Source: Chiloscyllium plagiosum
Lineage: Eukaryota
Direction of reading: 5' to 3'
Assembly (NCBI RefSeq): GCF_004010195.1
Contig: NC_057719.1
Span: 72,131,335-72,195,334 of the forward strand
Length of the DNA stretch: 64,000 nt
Shown here: piece by piece, positions 11,810-24,764 of the stretch
Position numbering within the stretch: the first letter of the stretch is position 1
Layout: each line of letters begins with the position of its first letter
Translations under genes and position numbers: made by a program
The notes under the pieces: model-generated
What the model was told of the DNA's origin: nothing
What the model saw: the letters and a program-made list of their open reading frames with translations, nothing else
Databases searched by the model: none

Positions 11810-12170
11810 GAGACCATATTGAAATATAAGATTTTTAGGAAGATTGACAGGGTAGATGCAGAGAGGTTGTTTTCCCTTGTGAGAAAGTCTAAGAGCAGAG
11901 GGCATAATCTCAGAATTAAAGGGTCACCCATTTAAGGTACAAGAGGGTTTTTCCTTCCTTCTCAGAAATCAGTGTATCTGTGGAATTCTTTACTGAACAC
12001 TGGGTCATAAAATATAGTCAATACGGAGATAGATTTTAATCAGTAAGTGAATTCAGGTTATGGTGATAAGGTAATAAAGTAGAGTTGAGAATGATCAGAT
12101 CAGCCATGATCTCATTGAATGGCTGAGGTTTGATTGAAAGAATGGATTACTTGTGCTTCTATGTCTGGTA
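11810..12170 (+). mobile_element. CR1 3' fragment
   Basis: GACAGGGTAGATGCAGAGAGG..AGAGGGCATAATCTCAGAAT..GATCAGCCATGATCTCATTGAATGG CR1-type 3' end. Confidence 0.7.
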
Positions 12171-12274
12171 GCAAGAAGGGCAGTCCAACATCAGCATCTA
12201 CTGAGATACTACTAATTGAAGTTTGGTTGATATCCGAGGATTTGAGTATTGCAGAAAAAAATTATTGACTTTCA

Positions 12275-12880
12275 TGTCCCCCCACCCCCACACATTAACA
12301 GCACAGAGGTGGAACAAGTGGAGAATGTCAAGGTCCTGGGAGTGGTCATCCACAACAAGCTTTCTTGGACTCTTCATGTGGGCGCACTGGTTACAAAGGC
12401 CCAACAACATCTCTTCTTCCTCAGGCAGCTGAGGAAATTTGGCATGACGGCAAATACCCTTGCCAACTTTTATAGGTGCGCCATCCAGAGCATTCTGTCT
12501 GGGTATATCACTACCTGGTATGGCAACTGTACCAATCAAGATCGGAGACGGTTACAGAGAGTGGTGAACCCGGCCCGGACGACCACAAAGGCCAACCTCC
12601 CATCTATAGAATCCATCTACTGGGCCCGCTGTCAAGGAAAGGCCGCCAGCATTCTCAAAGATCCATCCCACCCTGGCAATGTTTTTCTACAACCTCTACC
12701 ACTGGGGAGAAGGTACAGAAGCCTGAACACGCGCACCCGCTGGTTTTAAAACAGTTTCCTCCCTACTGTTGTTAGAATACTGAATGGACTCACAAACTCT
12801 TAACATTCGCCTGTAACTGGTTTTGTTTGTGCGGCTGTTTATCTATTATTTACTTATCTATGCTACTTAACTCTGTGATA
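12275..12880 (+). mobile_element. Rex1/Babar-type LINE 3' fragment
   Basis: ORF 12249-12749: KAQQHLFFLRQLRKFG..LANFYRCAIQSIL..WYGNCT..LQRVV..DPSHPG. Confidence 0.85.
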
Positions 12881-13696
12881 AAGAAAGAACTAAGAAAATT
12901 TACAGCGCAGGAAAAGTCCTTTGGCCCTCCAAGCCTGAGCCGATCCAAATCTACTGTCTAAACCTGTCGCCCAATTCCTAAGCATCAGTATCCCTCTGCT
13001 CCCCACCTACTCATGCATCTGTCCAGACGCATCTTAAATGAATCTACTGTGCCTGCCTCTACCACCTCTGCTGGCAACATGTTCCAGACACCCCCCACCC
13101 TCTGTATAAAGTACTTGCCATGTGTATCTCCCTTAAACTTTTCACCTCTCACCTTGAAAGCGTGACGTCTCGCATTGGTTCCTTCACGCTGGGAAAAAGC
13201 TTAGCGCTCTCTACCCTGTCTAAGCCTTAACGATTTTGAAAACTTCAACCAGGTCTCCCCTTGATCTCCTTTTTTTCTAATGAAAACAAACCTAACCTAC
13301 TCAATCTCTCTTCATAGCTAGCACCCTTCATACCAGGCAACATCCTCGTAAACCTTCTCTGCATCCTCTCCAAATCGTGCACATCCTTTTGGTAATGTGG
13401 CGACCAGAACCGGACACAGTATTCTAAATATGGCCGAACCAATGTCTTGTACAATTTTAACATGACCTGCCAGCTCTTATACTCAATACCTTGTCCAATG
13501 AAGGCAAGCATACCATATGCTTTCTTGACCACTCTATCCACCTGTGCAGCAACCTTTTGGGTACAATAGACCTGCACTCCTAGATCTCTCTGCTCATCAG
13601 CTTTTCCCAAGGCTCTTCCGTTTACTTTATAATTCGCTCTAGAATTAGACTTGCCGAAATGCATCACGTCACACTTGTCTGGAGTGAACTCCATAT
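12881..13696 (-). mobile_element. CR1 3' fragment
   Basis: ORF 13245-13694(-): KCDVMHFG, LYKTLVRPYLEYC, LERMQRRFTRM. Confidence 0.9.
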
Positions 13697-13936
13697 TGAT
13701 TGATCTGCCTGTATTGCTCGCAAGGCAAAGTTTTTCACACGTGACAATTCAATTCAAAAAAGTGTGCTGTCAAAGCTTTGCATCTTACTTTCTTCTTTCG
13801 GAATCACCAGAATACCAAATCTCAAAGGGAACAACAATTTATGATGCACATAAGCGTCATGATTGGTTGGTAAGTGGAGTCTGATTGGCTTGCATGAAGC
13901 ATGGAACAGAAAACAATTAACTTCAGCTCTGACAAA

Positions 13937-14590
13937 GAGTCATAGAGATGTACAGCACCGAAACAGATCCTTTAGTCCAATTTGTCCATACCGACCAGAT
14001 ATCCGAATCTAATCTAGTCCCACTTGCCAGCATTTAGCGCATATGCCTCTAAACCCTTCCTATTAATTTACACATCCAGATGCCGCTTAAATGTTGTAAT
14101 TGTATCAACCTCCACTACTACCTCTGGCAGCTCATTCCATACACACATTCTTTGCATGAAAAAAGTTGCTCCTTTGGTCCCTTTTAAAATGTTCCCTTCT
14201 CATCCTAAATCTGTACCCTCTAGTTCTTGTCTTTTTACCCTATCCACGTGCCCCTCATGATTTTATAAACCTCTAAAAGGCCACCCCTCAGCCTCTGACA
14301 CTCCAGGGAAAACAGCCCCAGGCTATTCGGCCTCTCCCTATAGCTCAGATCCTCCAACCCTGGCAACATCCTCATACAGAGGAACCTCAATTATCCAAAG
14401 GACATGGGTGGGAAGCATTTCATTCGGTGAATCAAATTCCAGATAATCGAATGCCTGGAAACATAGTTTAGCTGCGCATTGGGACCTTGTGACCTTGCTG
14501 GGTAATCGAGCATTCAGATAATCAATTGCTGGATAATTGAGGTTCCTCTGTAAATCTTTTCTGAATACTTTCAAGTTTCACAACTTCCAG
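13937..14590 (-). mobile_element. CR1 3' fragment interrupted by a MITE
   Basis: Reverse complement of the 2700-3180 CR1 3' end. Confidence 0.8.
14377..14550. mobile_element. Tc1/mariner-superfamily (pogo/Tigger-like) MITE
   Basis: Perfect 21-bp TIR CAGAGGAACCTCAATTATCCA with TA on both sides; removing it restores the CR1 sequence. Confidence 0.9.
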
Positions 14591-15039
14591 ATCATCTAGA
14601 CTTGAAAATGTTAGCTTCCTCCCTCTCTCGACGGATGCTACTCTGATGTCCATCATTTTCAGTGCAGATTCCAATATCTGCAGTAATTCGCTCTGACAAT
14701 TAACTGTCAAACTTATTGTTTATATTCAAACCAGAAAAGTCGACCCTGATTGGTGGAGATGTTGTCACGAGGACTGCATCCCAGAAATGCTAAGGAGGCA
14801 CGTTCCACAATTCGTGGACTTGCCCCTTTCTCACACTCTTCCTCTCCCACTGCCTGCCCTTCCCTCTCCTGCCACTGCTTGTCCCTCTCCTTTCCCACGC
14901 TGTCTCAGTTTTTTTTCACCAGTACAATATGCCCTCCCAAAAAAAAATCGTGTTCAGATAGGAATCAGCGATCTTTCCCCCCCTTTACTCGAATGGTTTC
15001 TCTCCCGGTCGTGTAGACACCCACCGACGACTATTTAAA

Positions 15040-15215
15040 CCAAGCGCTTTCTTTAGGAGCCAATCACACGGCAGCTTCTGGCTGACGCCCCTGTGGTGAG
15101 CCAATCGGAAAGTGCTGTCCGCCGGCCAATCAGAACGGCGCTAAGTCCCCGGCTCTTGTGCTCGGGAGCAGGTCACTTCCGGGATGAGGACCGGAAGTTG
15201 TGAATTTGAATCTAA
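15040..15215 (+). promoter_or_regulatory. G2E3 promoter: CCAAT x3, ETS/GABP x2, CHR element, in a CpG-rich island
   Basis: CCAAT at 15060, 15101, 15126; ACTTCCGG 15175-15182; ACCGGAAGT 15190-15198; TTTGAA 15205-15210; CpG-rich stretch about 14950-15480. Confidence 0.75.
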
Positions 15216-15273
15216 GCGCCGTTGAAGGATAACAAAGAGGGAGGAGAGGAGCTGGTGGAAGCGCCTGAGACAG

Positions 15274-15296
15274 ATGATGGGGGAGACGGCTTGTCG
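15274..15296 (+). CDS. G2E3: G2E3 putative exon 1 coding part (MMGETAC-R), or 5'UTR
   Basis: ATG at 15274, donor CG|GTGAGT, phase 2, in frame with 22155-22231; alternative donor TG|GTAAGT after 15379. Confidence 0.45.
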
Positions 15297-15971
15297 GTGA
15301 GTGGGCTATGCGCTCAGATGAAACCAGGCGGGTGAGATAGTGGGTTAGACTCCGGGGCCAGTGTCTGAGCCGGCCTTTGGTAAGTCGAAGGGACGCCCGC
15401 GGCCTGGATCCCGGCTCCGTCCCTGAGCCTGAAGCCCGTTTGGCTAAAGGATAAATGTTGTGATGGAGGTCGTGTTTCTTTTCGATATCTGTAAGAGGGG
15501 CTGACGCTGTTGGGAAGAAGTGACAGGGAGTCTGCCCTCTCAATTCCTGTCAAGTTGGTAACGTGAGCGTGTTGAGAATGAGACTTTAAAGAGACGGCAT
15601 TCCTACAGTGGATTGTGTCGTCAGTGCATTGGATGTCGAGAGTTATCTCATGAATAAACCACTGAGTTTTGTTGTAGTTTGTCGTTATTTCAACTTGTTC
15701 TATTAAATTTGTATGTGATTAATTGTCGTAACCTAGTAGCTGTATCTTTCGGGATCTCTGTCACTGTTTGTTCTTTGAGCCATCGTCTCTATTGATTGGA
15801 AACCTACTTCCAAGCTATTTTCTCACTGTCTTGCTGCTTCATTCAAGAACCTCCAAACTTTTCAGTTTATTCCTCTCGTCCTAACATTGTCATCCTGTTC
15901 CTTTTGCTTCTTTATGTGAAGCCTTTTGAGGCATGGTCTATAATTTGACTGCTGTGCTCAAAATGTTGTTT

Positions 15972-16143
15972 AAAAATCACACAACAGGTTTATTTGGAAG
16001 CACTAGCTTTTGCGGTGCTGCTCCTTCAACTGGTAGCTAGCTCTGCAAGCTTGTACACACAAATAAATCTGTTGGACTATAATCTGGTGTTGTGATTGTT
16101 AAAGTTTGCCCACCCCAGTCCAACACCGATACCTTCACATCAC
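15972..16143. mobile_element. PLE family C pLTR fragment, fold-back
   Basis: ACAGGTTTATTTG (about 15984) vs CAAATAAATCTGT (about 16060) inverted; homologous to 26921-27005. Confidence 0.6.
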
Positions 16144-16964
16144 ATAGTATTGTTGAACTTTGAGAATATTTTGACTTGTCAAAAACAGTAACTTCAATGT
16201 TCCTCTTTTGTTTTATTCTTGGCTTCTGTAGTTTAGCATGAGCAATAGCTTCATTTCATTCTTTTACCAAAGTATTGCTCATTTTTTATCTGAAAATCTT
16301 GCTTGACTTTTCAATCAACAATAATATCAGATCCAATTTTTGCATTCCTTATTGAGCCCATCTATCCTGTAACAAATATGTACAAGTTGCAGAATATTGC
16401 AAATAAAATCAAACTCTGTAAAGTGCTTTCTGTTTTGCTCTGCTGTATAGATTTCAGCTGGGTGCATTTTGATTTTATTTTTTTAGCAGAGATTTGGTCC
16501 CTCTGTTTCTCTAACTGATCAGTTAAGTCACAAGTGAAATACTGTTTTAGGTGACATGCCAAATTTGTTATAATTGTGGGAGAAGTTAAATAATGTTCTA
16601 GATCTGAACCATCATGGCTGTAGTCCAAAGCATCTGAAGATACTTGTATTTCTGTATGGCTATCTCCATCTCCTGACAGTGGTGCTCCATTTTTTTTTCT
16701 CCCATCTGTCACTCAGTCCAGTATGTAGCATTTATTAAGATAGGCATCCAGAATATTCTATTTCTGAAAGATCTTGGTTTCTTTTGCTGTCTCTCTTCCA
16801 CTGGAGTCTAGACTCCTGCCGGAGCTTTCCACTGTACTTGAAATGCGTACAAAATGCGACTTGCCTCAAAGTCTTGCCAACTTGTTTCAGTTTATCTTTT
16901 CCAAATTGTTTCCTTGTTTATAGATCTCAAATGTTTTTTATAATCTATTGATTCACCTCAGGTT

Positions 16965-17335
16965 AATAGTCATAAAGATGTACTGCATGGTTGCATACCC
17001 TTCAGTCCAACTAGTCCATGCCAAATAGACATCCTAGTCCCATTTGCCAGCACTTGGACTAAACCCTTCCTATTCATCTACCCATCCAGATGCCTTTTAA
17101 ATGTTGTAATTGTACCAGCATTCAACAATTACTCTGGCAGCTTATTCCATGCAGCACGAACCTAGTGAAAAGGTTGCCCCTTAGGCCTCTTTTAAAAAAA
17201 ATTTTCCCCTTAACCTAAACCTCGGCCACCTAGTTATGGACCCCCTGCCTCAGGGGAAAGACCTTGTCTTTTTACCCTATCCATGTCCTTCATGTTTTTA
17301 TAAACTTCTATAAGATAACCCCTCCGTCTCCGCTC
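16965..17335 (-). mobile_element. CR1 3' fragment
   Basis: Reverse complement of the CR1 3' end (AAACCCTTCCTATTCAT..CCATCCAGATGCC). Confidence 0.8.
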
Positions 17336-18256
17336 CAAACACTTTATCATGAAGTAATCTACTATCACTGTTCTGCCATTATCATTAACTTGGAGCCTGT
17401 GGGGCTTCTGTCTCCTAATTCTTCATTATTCGGGAAGAGGTTCTAGTATCCGTGGTTTCAAGTTGCACAGCAGTTAAAAGAACAACTCAAAAACAAAAGT
17501 CAATGTGCTGAAAGGTAAAGTCACTGACCACATGGTTATATATCTCAAATTATGGCAGATATCAATGTGTAAGTAATTAAGTGATTTCTAAATTCAAAGC
17601 AGGAGTATACACTGTATTCCTTAATGCCTCTATCCATATAGCTCCTCCTACATTTTTCTTTCATAGTCCTGTTTTGTGGGATTACTGTCACTCCCTCTAG
17701 CTATCCACTAACAATTATAGAATGCCCAGCATCTTCCAACATTGTCTTCTTATCTCAGCTTCATGTTGTCAGTTCCTGAGTTCAAGAGCATCAGTGACCC
17801 TCTCTTTTTCTTTGTCCCCATACTGTGCTTTTGTGACATGATCCGCAAATCAGGTCAGCTCGTACATACATGCTGATTAAATGAAGGGCTACCACTGATA
17901 CCTTACTGGAGCTATTCTCTTACAATATTTGGCTGATATTAAAGTTCTTACCATGAACTGGGAGGCTAATGCAATGGTTTTTGGCCTTCAAACGTCATAT
18001 TCTTGCCTTTTTTTTTCACTGTCTTGTTCTGGAATAGACTGCAGAAAGTCTGACATTGCAACAATGTACTTCCACATTCAGCATGTTCATGTACTGTTGA
18101 AGCTCCCATTTATAACTTTGTCGCTCCCAAATTTGTCCAGGTGCTGCTACCAATATTCTCTTTTCAATTCTCCATGACTTCAGACAAAATTCTATTGTAA
18201 AACTCCATCATCTACAATTTCTGATTGTAGCAGTTAAGATTAAAGAACCTGCAGAC

Positions 18257-18865
18257 GAAGGGCAGCTGAGAATGTGATAAGGAGGTGAAGGTGAGGGAGA
18301 AGGTGATAGGTCGAAGAGGACTGTGAAGCAGATAATTCGGAAAGGACCCTGTGGTTGCAGGGTCCCAAGGCGGAATATGAGATGCTCAGGGGCCCTGCAG
18401 CTATGTGTGAAGGGCAGCTGAGAATGTGATAAGGAGGTGAAGGTGAGGGAGAAGGTGATAGGTCGAAGAGGACTGTGAAGCAGATAATTCGGAAAGTCCC
18501 TGTGGTTGCAGGGTCCCAAGGCGGAATATGAGATGCTCAGGGACCCTGCAACCAAGTGGGATCAATGTGGATTTCACCAGTTTCCTCATTTCCTCTCCCT
18601 CCACCTTATCCCAGTCCAAACCTCCAACTCGGTACCGCCCTCTTGACCTATCCATCACCTTTTCCCAACTATCTGCTCCACCGTCCTGTCCGACCTGTTA
18701 CCTTCTCCCTCTCTCTCCTTCATCTGCCTATCACATTCATTCTCAGCTACACACACACGCACACACCCCTAATGTCTGATAAGGGCTTATGCCCGAAAGG
18801 TCGATTCTCCTGCTCCTCAGATGCAGCCTGACCTGTTGTTTTTTTTCAGCATCACACTCTTGACT
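18257..18865. mobile_element. Rearranged PLE 3' end: tandem 152-bp inverted pieces followed by a + strand pLTR
   Basis: Minus-strand EHLIFRLGTLQPQG twice; plus-strand GTLQPSGINVDF; degenerate hammerhead about 18776-18802. Confidence 0.75.
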
Positions 18866-19289
18866 ACGTTTTAAGAGAACTCTTTTGATGCTGTTGTAGT
18901 GTCCCTACCTCTAAATCAGGAGGCCTGACTTCAAACCCCACATGCTCCAGAGGTGTGTAATAATATCTGTAATGTAACTTTTTTTTAAACTTAATGTTTT
19001 ATACCACCACACTTAACTCCACACTACTCCTGTGCCAGTAAGAGGCATACGCTGGTAATTTTCACTGAATAAATATACTGCCTCTAATTCCTTCCTTTAC
19101 CAATTCACTGTCAGACATATTATATGGCAAGCCTCCTGCTTGGCTACCCACCTTGGATTTCAGCATCTCCAGTTTTTTTTTGTCTTTAACTTTGCGATGG
19201 TTGTCTATAGATGGGTGGTGGAAACTAAGAAAATGAAATCAAAAAGAAGGTAAGTAATTATGGTTATTAGAAGTGGCAGAATGTAAGGT

Positions 19290-20760
19290 GCCAGATTACC
19301 TGAAATGTTTTCAGATTCTGAGCCATATGACCAGTAGAAGAGCATGGAAATAGATTCTGATTTTACTAAGGAGGAAACAAAGCAACGTCTTGGCTTTGTC
19401 ACTTTTCAACAAAGGTAATATTGGAAGCAAAGTATTTTCAACTGAAAGGCATCAGCTCAAACTTAATTGGATGCTTAATAAGGTTTTGAGGATGAAGTTT
19501 ACAAGATTTATTGAATGCTTAGGAAATGTAAGATTTTGATACACTTCAAAAGATTAGAGCGACAGTCAATGGAGGATTATATTCTGGACTTTAATAGGTT
19601 GTTTGCATTATTTAAAAGCAAACAATGTCTTTTTATACAATTTCAAAATTCCTACTTTTGTGTCAAAATTTAGATTGCTGTTGGGTTATCATGTATGGCT
19701 AGACTCCTAGTCCTAAGTAAGGCTTAGTTCTTGGAGAGAGGCTGCATGTAATATCAAACGGGTGCTGCCTCAGATTCAGGGTAGGTAGTCATTTTCATTT
19801 GGTGGAGCAAATGATGCATTTCATAGTGTCAGAAATAATACATGATTCCATGATTGTTCCTCTTTGAAATCATCTCAATTCTGGTCACAGGTAACTGTGT
19901 AAGAACAGCTTTATAGTCTGGTGAAATAAATGTTAAAGCACCATTTTTATTCGAAATAGAAATTGTAGCAAAAGAAAGGATCGGAAATGCCATAATCAGA
20001 TAAACCGAGGAATGCCAAGTGCATAGATGATTCACATGATTGTATTAGTAAGATGATCTATTCAAAATGAAAAAACAGTATCTTTTGAAGTAACATAGAA
20101 GTTTTTGCTGAAGATGTTGATAATCAATAAGAAAGAAGTTTTAGCCTGGCAATGAGTGTGTTAGCTGTGCACTTGTTAATTGCATGTGTTGCTTTCATTT
20201 TGCCAGTGTGTGGAATAGATCGGTTCAATACTTGCTGACCTTACTCTGATGTACCCAGTGAAAATTGATGCAAATGTTAAGTATGAAGGTTCTAACTTGC
20301 ATTGGATTTGGTGATGAAGACAATTGAGGTTACTGAAATGAAAAGAGATTCCATGTTGTTTTAAAAAGAAACAAAAGCTGGAAAAACAATTTTAGGGGCT
20401 ACAGTAAAATAGTGAGATATGCTGGTCTTCCATGACAAAAGGCATAAATGAAACTGGACTGTATGAGAAGTGTTTTGGAAAGCAGGACAGTATTATATCC
20501 CTTAGTCAGTGGTATCACATGAGAACAAAAAATTATTTTAAAGTTCCCCACTTTTTTTAAAATATATTTGTCAATAAAGGTGAGTTAAAGTCCTGCTAAA
20601 GATTACAGACATGGTTGCAGAATATTTAAGGCTTAGAGGTCTGTGTTTTTTAAAAATAAGTCAGACCACTACATTCTATTGTAGGCCTTCCATGAGCACG
20701 TGACTTTAAAGGGATAGAAGAAAGACTGAAATGATTTCATCCTACCCATGAGAACATTAC
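19290..20760 (+). mobile_element. Decayed Ty1/copia-type (GalEa-like) internal region
   Basis: Hand translation: MFSDSEPYDQ* (19305), LALSL, GSKVFS, QSMEDYILDFNRLF (19563), protease-like ..VCGID (about 20210). Confidence 0.55.
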
Positions 20761-22154
20761 AGTCGGTTTTGATCATGCTGTACTCAAAAGCAAAGTATTG
20801 CAAATGCTGAAAATCCGTAATTAAAAACAGAAGGTGCTGGTGAAACTAGGATCTGGCAGCATCTGTGGAGAGAGAAGCACAGCAAACGCTTTATGTTCAG
20901 TATGACTTTTTTTTTAAATTTGGTTCTCCTATAATTGTACAGAGCAAGGACAAGATAGTGATTATAAACAAGGTCATGAGAAAGGTTAGGAATTGACTTG
21001 AGACACTGGCCAAGTTTTGGAATAATAATGGATTTGAATTTGCTAATTATTTAATTAGAGAAATATGTGAAACAAATGAACATTTCTCCCCATTTACTCT
21101 GGATCACTCATGATTTGGAACGTCTCTCTCAGATCTTTACAGTTTTCATGAAGATCTGTAGCTCAGGTTGTCGATGAGGTAGTTGATTAGCTCAGTGAGC
21201 TAACCAACTGCCTCTCAGATCACCCTTCAGCCTTCTCCTAGGAAAACAGTCCTAATTTCTTCAGTCTTCATAACTGAAGTTCTTCATCTCTGGAACTATT
21301 TTTGTAAATCTCCTCTGCATTGCTTTTCACATCCTTTCTAAAATGTAGCACTTACTGAGTGCAGTACTTCAGCTGTGGCCCAACTAGTGCCTTGCACAAG
21401 TCTCAAAAGTGGTGGCTACAGTGGTTATAGATCTATTCATTGAAATCTTCCAAAAACATTCCTGGATTCTCTTGGTGTTCATTTTTTTTAAAAAAAAAAG
21501 TGACTATAGAACTATATCTGAAAATAGCATAATGGCTATTATACACCAAGGATCAAAGATGTAATATAATTCTGGTGAAAGTTCACAATTTGCTCAATTA
21601 CAACAATTATTTGCACTTAAGGTCACTTTTTTTTAATGTTTTTTTTAAAGTTTCAATTTAATTCATCAATAATGACATTTGGCTTTTATTCTTGATACAT
21701 CTCCAGGTTCAATATAACATTTTTTTTAATTGCAGCTGATCACCTTCAATCCAGAATAGAGGTGTGATCTAATTTTGCTAAATTACAAAGTGGTTTTGAT
21801 TCATATAAAACTATCACTATAGGGGTTACATTCATAGGCATGCCTATCTATCCAACCTTGACAGATAAACAGGCCTAATATGTGACATTGAACTTGGCAT
21901 TTCACATCAACAATGCCAGCAGTTTGATTTGAAGCAGAGTACCCAAGCTGCTTCACAGGAGTATTATCAAACAGATGGTATTCACTGCTATGGTGATATT
22001 GAGACAGGCATGATCAAAAGATTTTGGGTTTTGATTTATCACCTGTGGTGCTTGAAATGAGAATTGATGTATTTAACCTTGAAAATTTCATAGCCAGGTA
22101 GTTAGACAATCTATCCTTTGCTCATACATTAATGTTTTATATGCCTTTATCTAG

Positions 22155-22231
22155 GAAATTTTCCAAATCCGGTGCTACAGTTAATTTTGCCACAAATGAA
22201 AAACAGAAGCTGGAGCAGGGAGAAAATCCTT
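22155..22231 (+). CDS. G2E3: G2E3 putative exon 2 (KFSKSGATVNFATNEKQKLEQGENP)
   Basis: TTTATCTAG| acceptor, T|GTGAGT donor; open frame ending in phase 1, matching exon 3. Confidence 0.6.
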
Positions 22232-23140
22232 GTGAGTACTGCTGATATTTTATTCACTGTCTTTATTTTTAATCTAACTATCTCAAAGATGACAGAGTGG
22301 AGGAAATGGAACCCTGTAATGAGGAGTAAATCAACTTGATCTGTATAATGAATCATTTGCTTTAAGTTTTATAATTTTTTACATGATCATATTTATTTCA
22401 TTTCTTACAGCTTTTTTTATATTAACCCAAATAAATATCTAAAAAGTCCATTCAAGAAATATGAAGGATGATGTTATTAACCATATGTGAATTATTGGTT
22501 TCATGTAAAATACGTTGCTGATACTGCCATTCAAAAATGGATAACGCGTTCTACCTCCATCTGTTTACTTTGAAGTTTACAGTGCTTTGTGACAGAATCA
22601 AAACTGATGTCCGTGAATGATTATTTTCAGTAGTACCACTCTAAGGCAAAAAAGGAGCAAACCATATTCTGATCTTGTCTTTTTAAATTCCAAGGTAATC
22701 TGTTCAAGGCAGCATCCTTCCTGCTGTTGCAATTGTTTTGGCAAAAACTAAAGATCAACTGTTTGACCTTCCAAGTCTGGACAATTCATTCTGTTCTGTC
22801 GCTTCTAGGTTTGTGACCTAGAAGTTCTCCAGTAGTTAACAGTGCTCATAGCCTTTTATGCATCAGTAATGCTTTTTGTTTGCTGCCACAGGTTGAGGTA
22901 GAAGCCTTCCTGAAATTATAGTGATTTAAGTATGACCCTGGCAGAAAGATTACTGCTCTCAGAGACAGGAAAAGTTCTTTCGAATGGATACTGATATTAT
23001 TGCACCTATTTGCTACTTCCATCCTGATGTGGAATCTTCTCAAGGTCCAGGCACAGAAGTCTTTGAAAAAATTATTCAAATGCCAAAATTAGTTTCATTT
23101 TATTTCAAGGCTATCAATGTGAATGTTTTTGTTCCCATAG

Positions 23141-23232
23141 CTTGTGCATTTTGTCGACGGAATGAAGACTGCCCTGAAAAATATGGTGAGAAGAAAACAT
23201 ATAAAGGGATAACTCTGCATTATTATTGTTTA
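23141..23232 (+). CDS. G2E3: G2E3 exon ([30 protein letters not shown])
   Basis: CCCATAG|..|GTAAGT; resembles human G2E3 CVFCRKHDDCPNKYGEKK..VHYYCL as recalled. Confidence 0.93.
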
Positions 23233-23302
23233 GTAAGTTGAAATAATTTTTACTTCACTGTCGTGCTTTTTATTTGCTTGAATGATCTAGTAAAATATTT
23301 TC

Positions 23303-23770
23303 GTCACAGAGATATACAGCACGAAACAAACCCTTCCAACTCCTCCATGCTGACCAGATATCCTAACTTAATATAGTCCCATTTGCCAGCATTTGGCCCA
23401 GAACCCTCTCAACCCTTCCTATTCACATGTCCATCCAGATGCTGTAGTTGTACCACCCTCCATCACTTCCTCTGGTAGCACATTCCACAGACACAGACAC
23501 ACACACACAGCCCTCTGTGTGAAAATGTTCCCCCTGAGCTCCCTTTTATATCTTTCCCCTCTCACCCTAAGCCTAAGCTTTCTAGTTCTGGACTTACCCC
23601 ATCCAGGAAATAGACCTTATCTATTTATCCTATTCATGCCCCTCGTGATTTTGTAGACCTCTTATAAGGTCACCTCCAAAGTAAACACTGATGCAAAATA
23701 CACGTTTAGTATCTTTTCCCCCCCCCCCATCTCCTGCGGCTACACACATTGGCTGCCTTGCTGATCTTAT
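23303..23770 (-). mobile_element. CR1 fragments
   Basis: Reverse complement of the CR1 3' end, then a short internal piece. Confidence 0.75.
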
Positions 23771-24764
23771 TTTAGTTGATGCAGACTATTAAAATGGTGA
23801 AAAGCCTTTTAACATCAACTCCTTCCTTGAATGAAATAAGTAACTTTGCATTATGGATTTCTTTGGGGACCTGTTTGAACGCTGGACAATGTGCTATAAT
23901 TTTCATAAAGTGTTAAACTTTTATCATTCAGTTGACTTCTCAACTTGCTTATTATGAAATCCGTAACGGAAAAGACTTGCTCATGCTGAAGTTATCTTAC
24001 TTCTGGTATGATGGCGATGGAGTAGGACTTTGAGCCCAGTGCTCATCTGTTCCATCTGCTTTCCTTTTTTCTTTTTTGCTCCCTTTTTCGTTCTCTCGTG
24101 CTTTCTTGTTCTCAAACCAGATTCATGGTGGCAGAGTTGAGTTTAGGCTAGTTTGGTGCTCTGCAGCATCGGTGTCTGCATTGCACTCATAGTGGCAAGG
24201 GTGTCAGTAGAGGCAAGATGGCACTAAAGAGTAGCAACTTTCATTCTAGTGGATCAGCATGGTAAAGGGCCCATGATGGAAAACTTAAGACGGGCTGTAA
24301 AGTTGTACACTTTCTTTATTTCTTCTTTTTTCTCCCTTTTTACTTCAATATTTTGGTTTATTTTTTGTTTTAAGGTTGTGCTGGAGAGTTGTGACACCAT
24401 GTTTTTCACTGTATTTTGTAACCAGATACATGACAATAAATACATCAGAATTTATATCCTCAGTCTGCTTGTTAGTGATACCTGTGGATGCTTTTACTTT
24501 GTTCACAACAATCACGGATGATGATATGCTTCTAAGTATAAGCATTCGGGCACTATTCCTTTGTCACCTGTCCTGTCGCGACAGGAGCTGGGGGTTCCCT
24601 GTACATTGAGCCTTTTCCCCAGATCAACTGTAAACCACTTACTCCTAATCTTTAACTTGCATTCTCTGGACTTTGACATTAGGTAGATCATGAAAATCTT
24701 TTCTCTATGCTCCTTAAAATTTTGTGTAATCTCAGTGAATTTCCTTTTCACCCTCCAGTACAAT

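Noticed and set aside
22984..23140. N-terminal part of ORF 22984-23241 as G2E3 coding
   Set aside because: Lies upstream of a clear acceptor at 23140 and has no G2E3 similarity; intronic.
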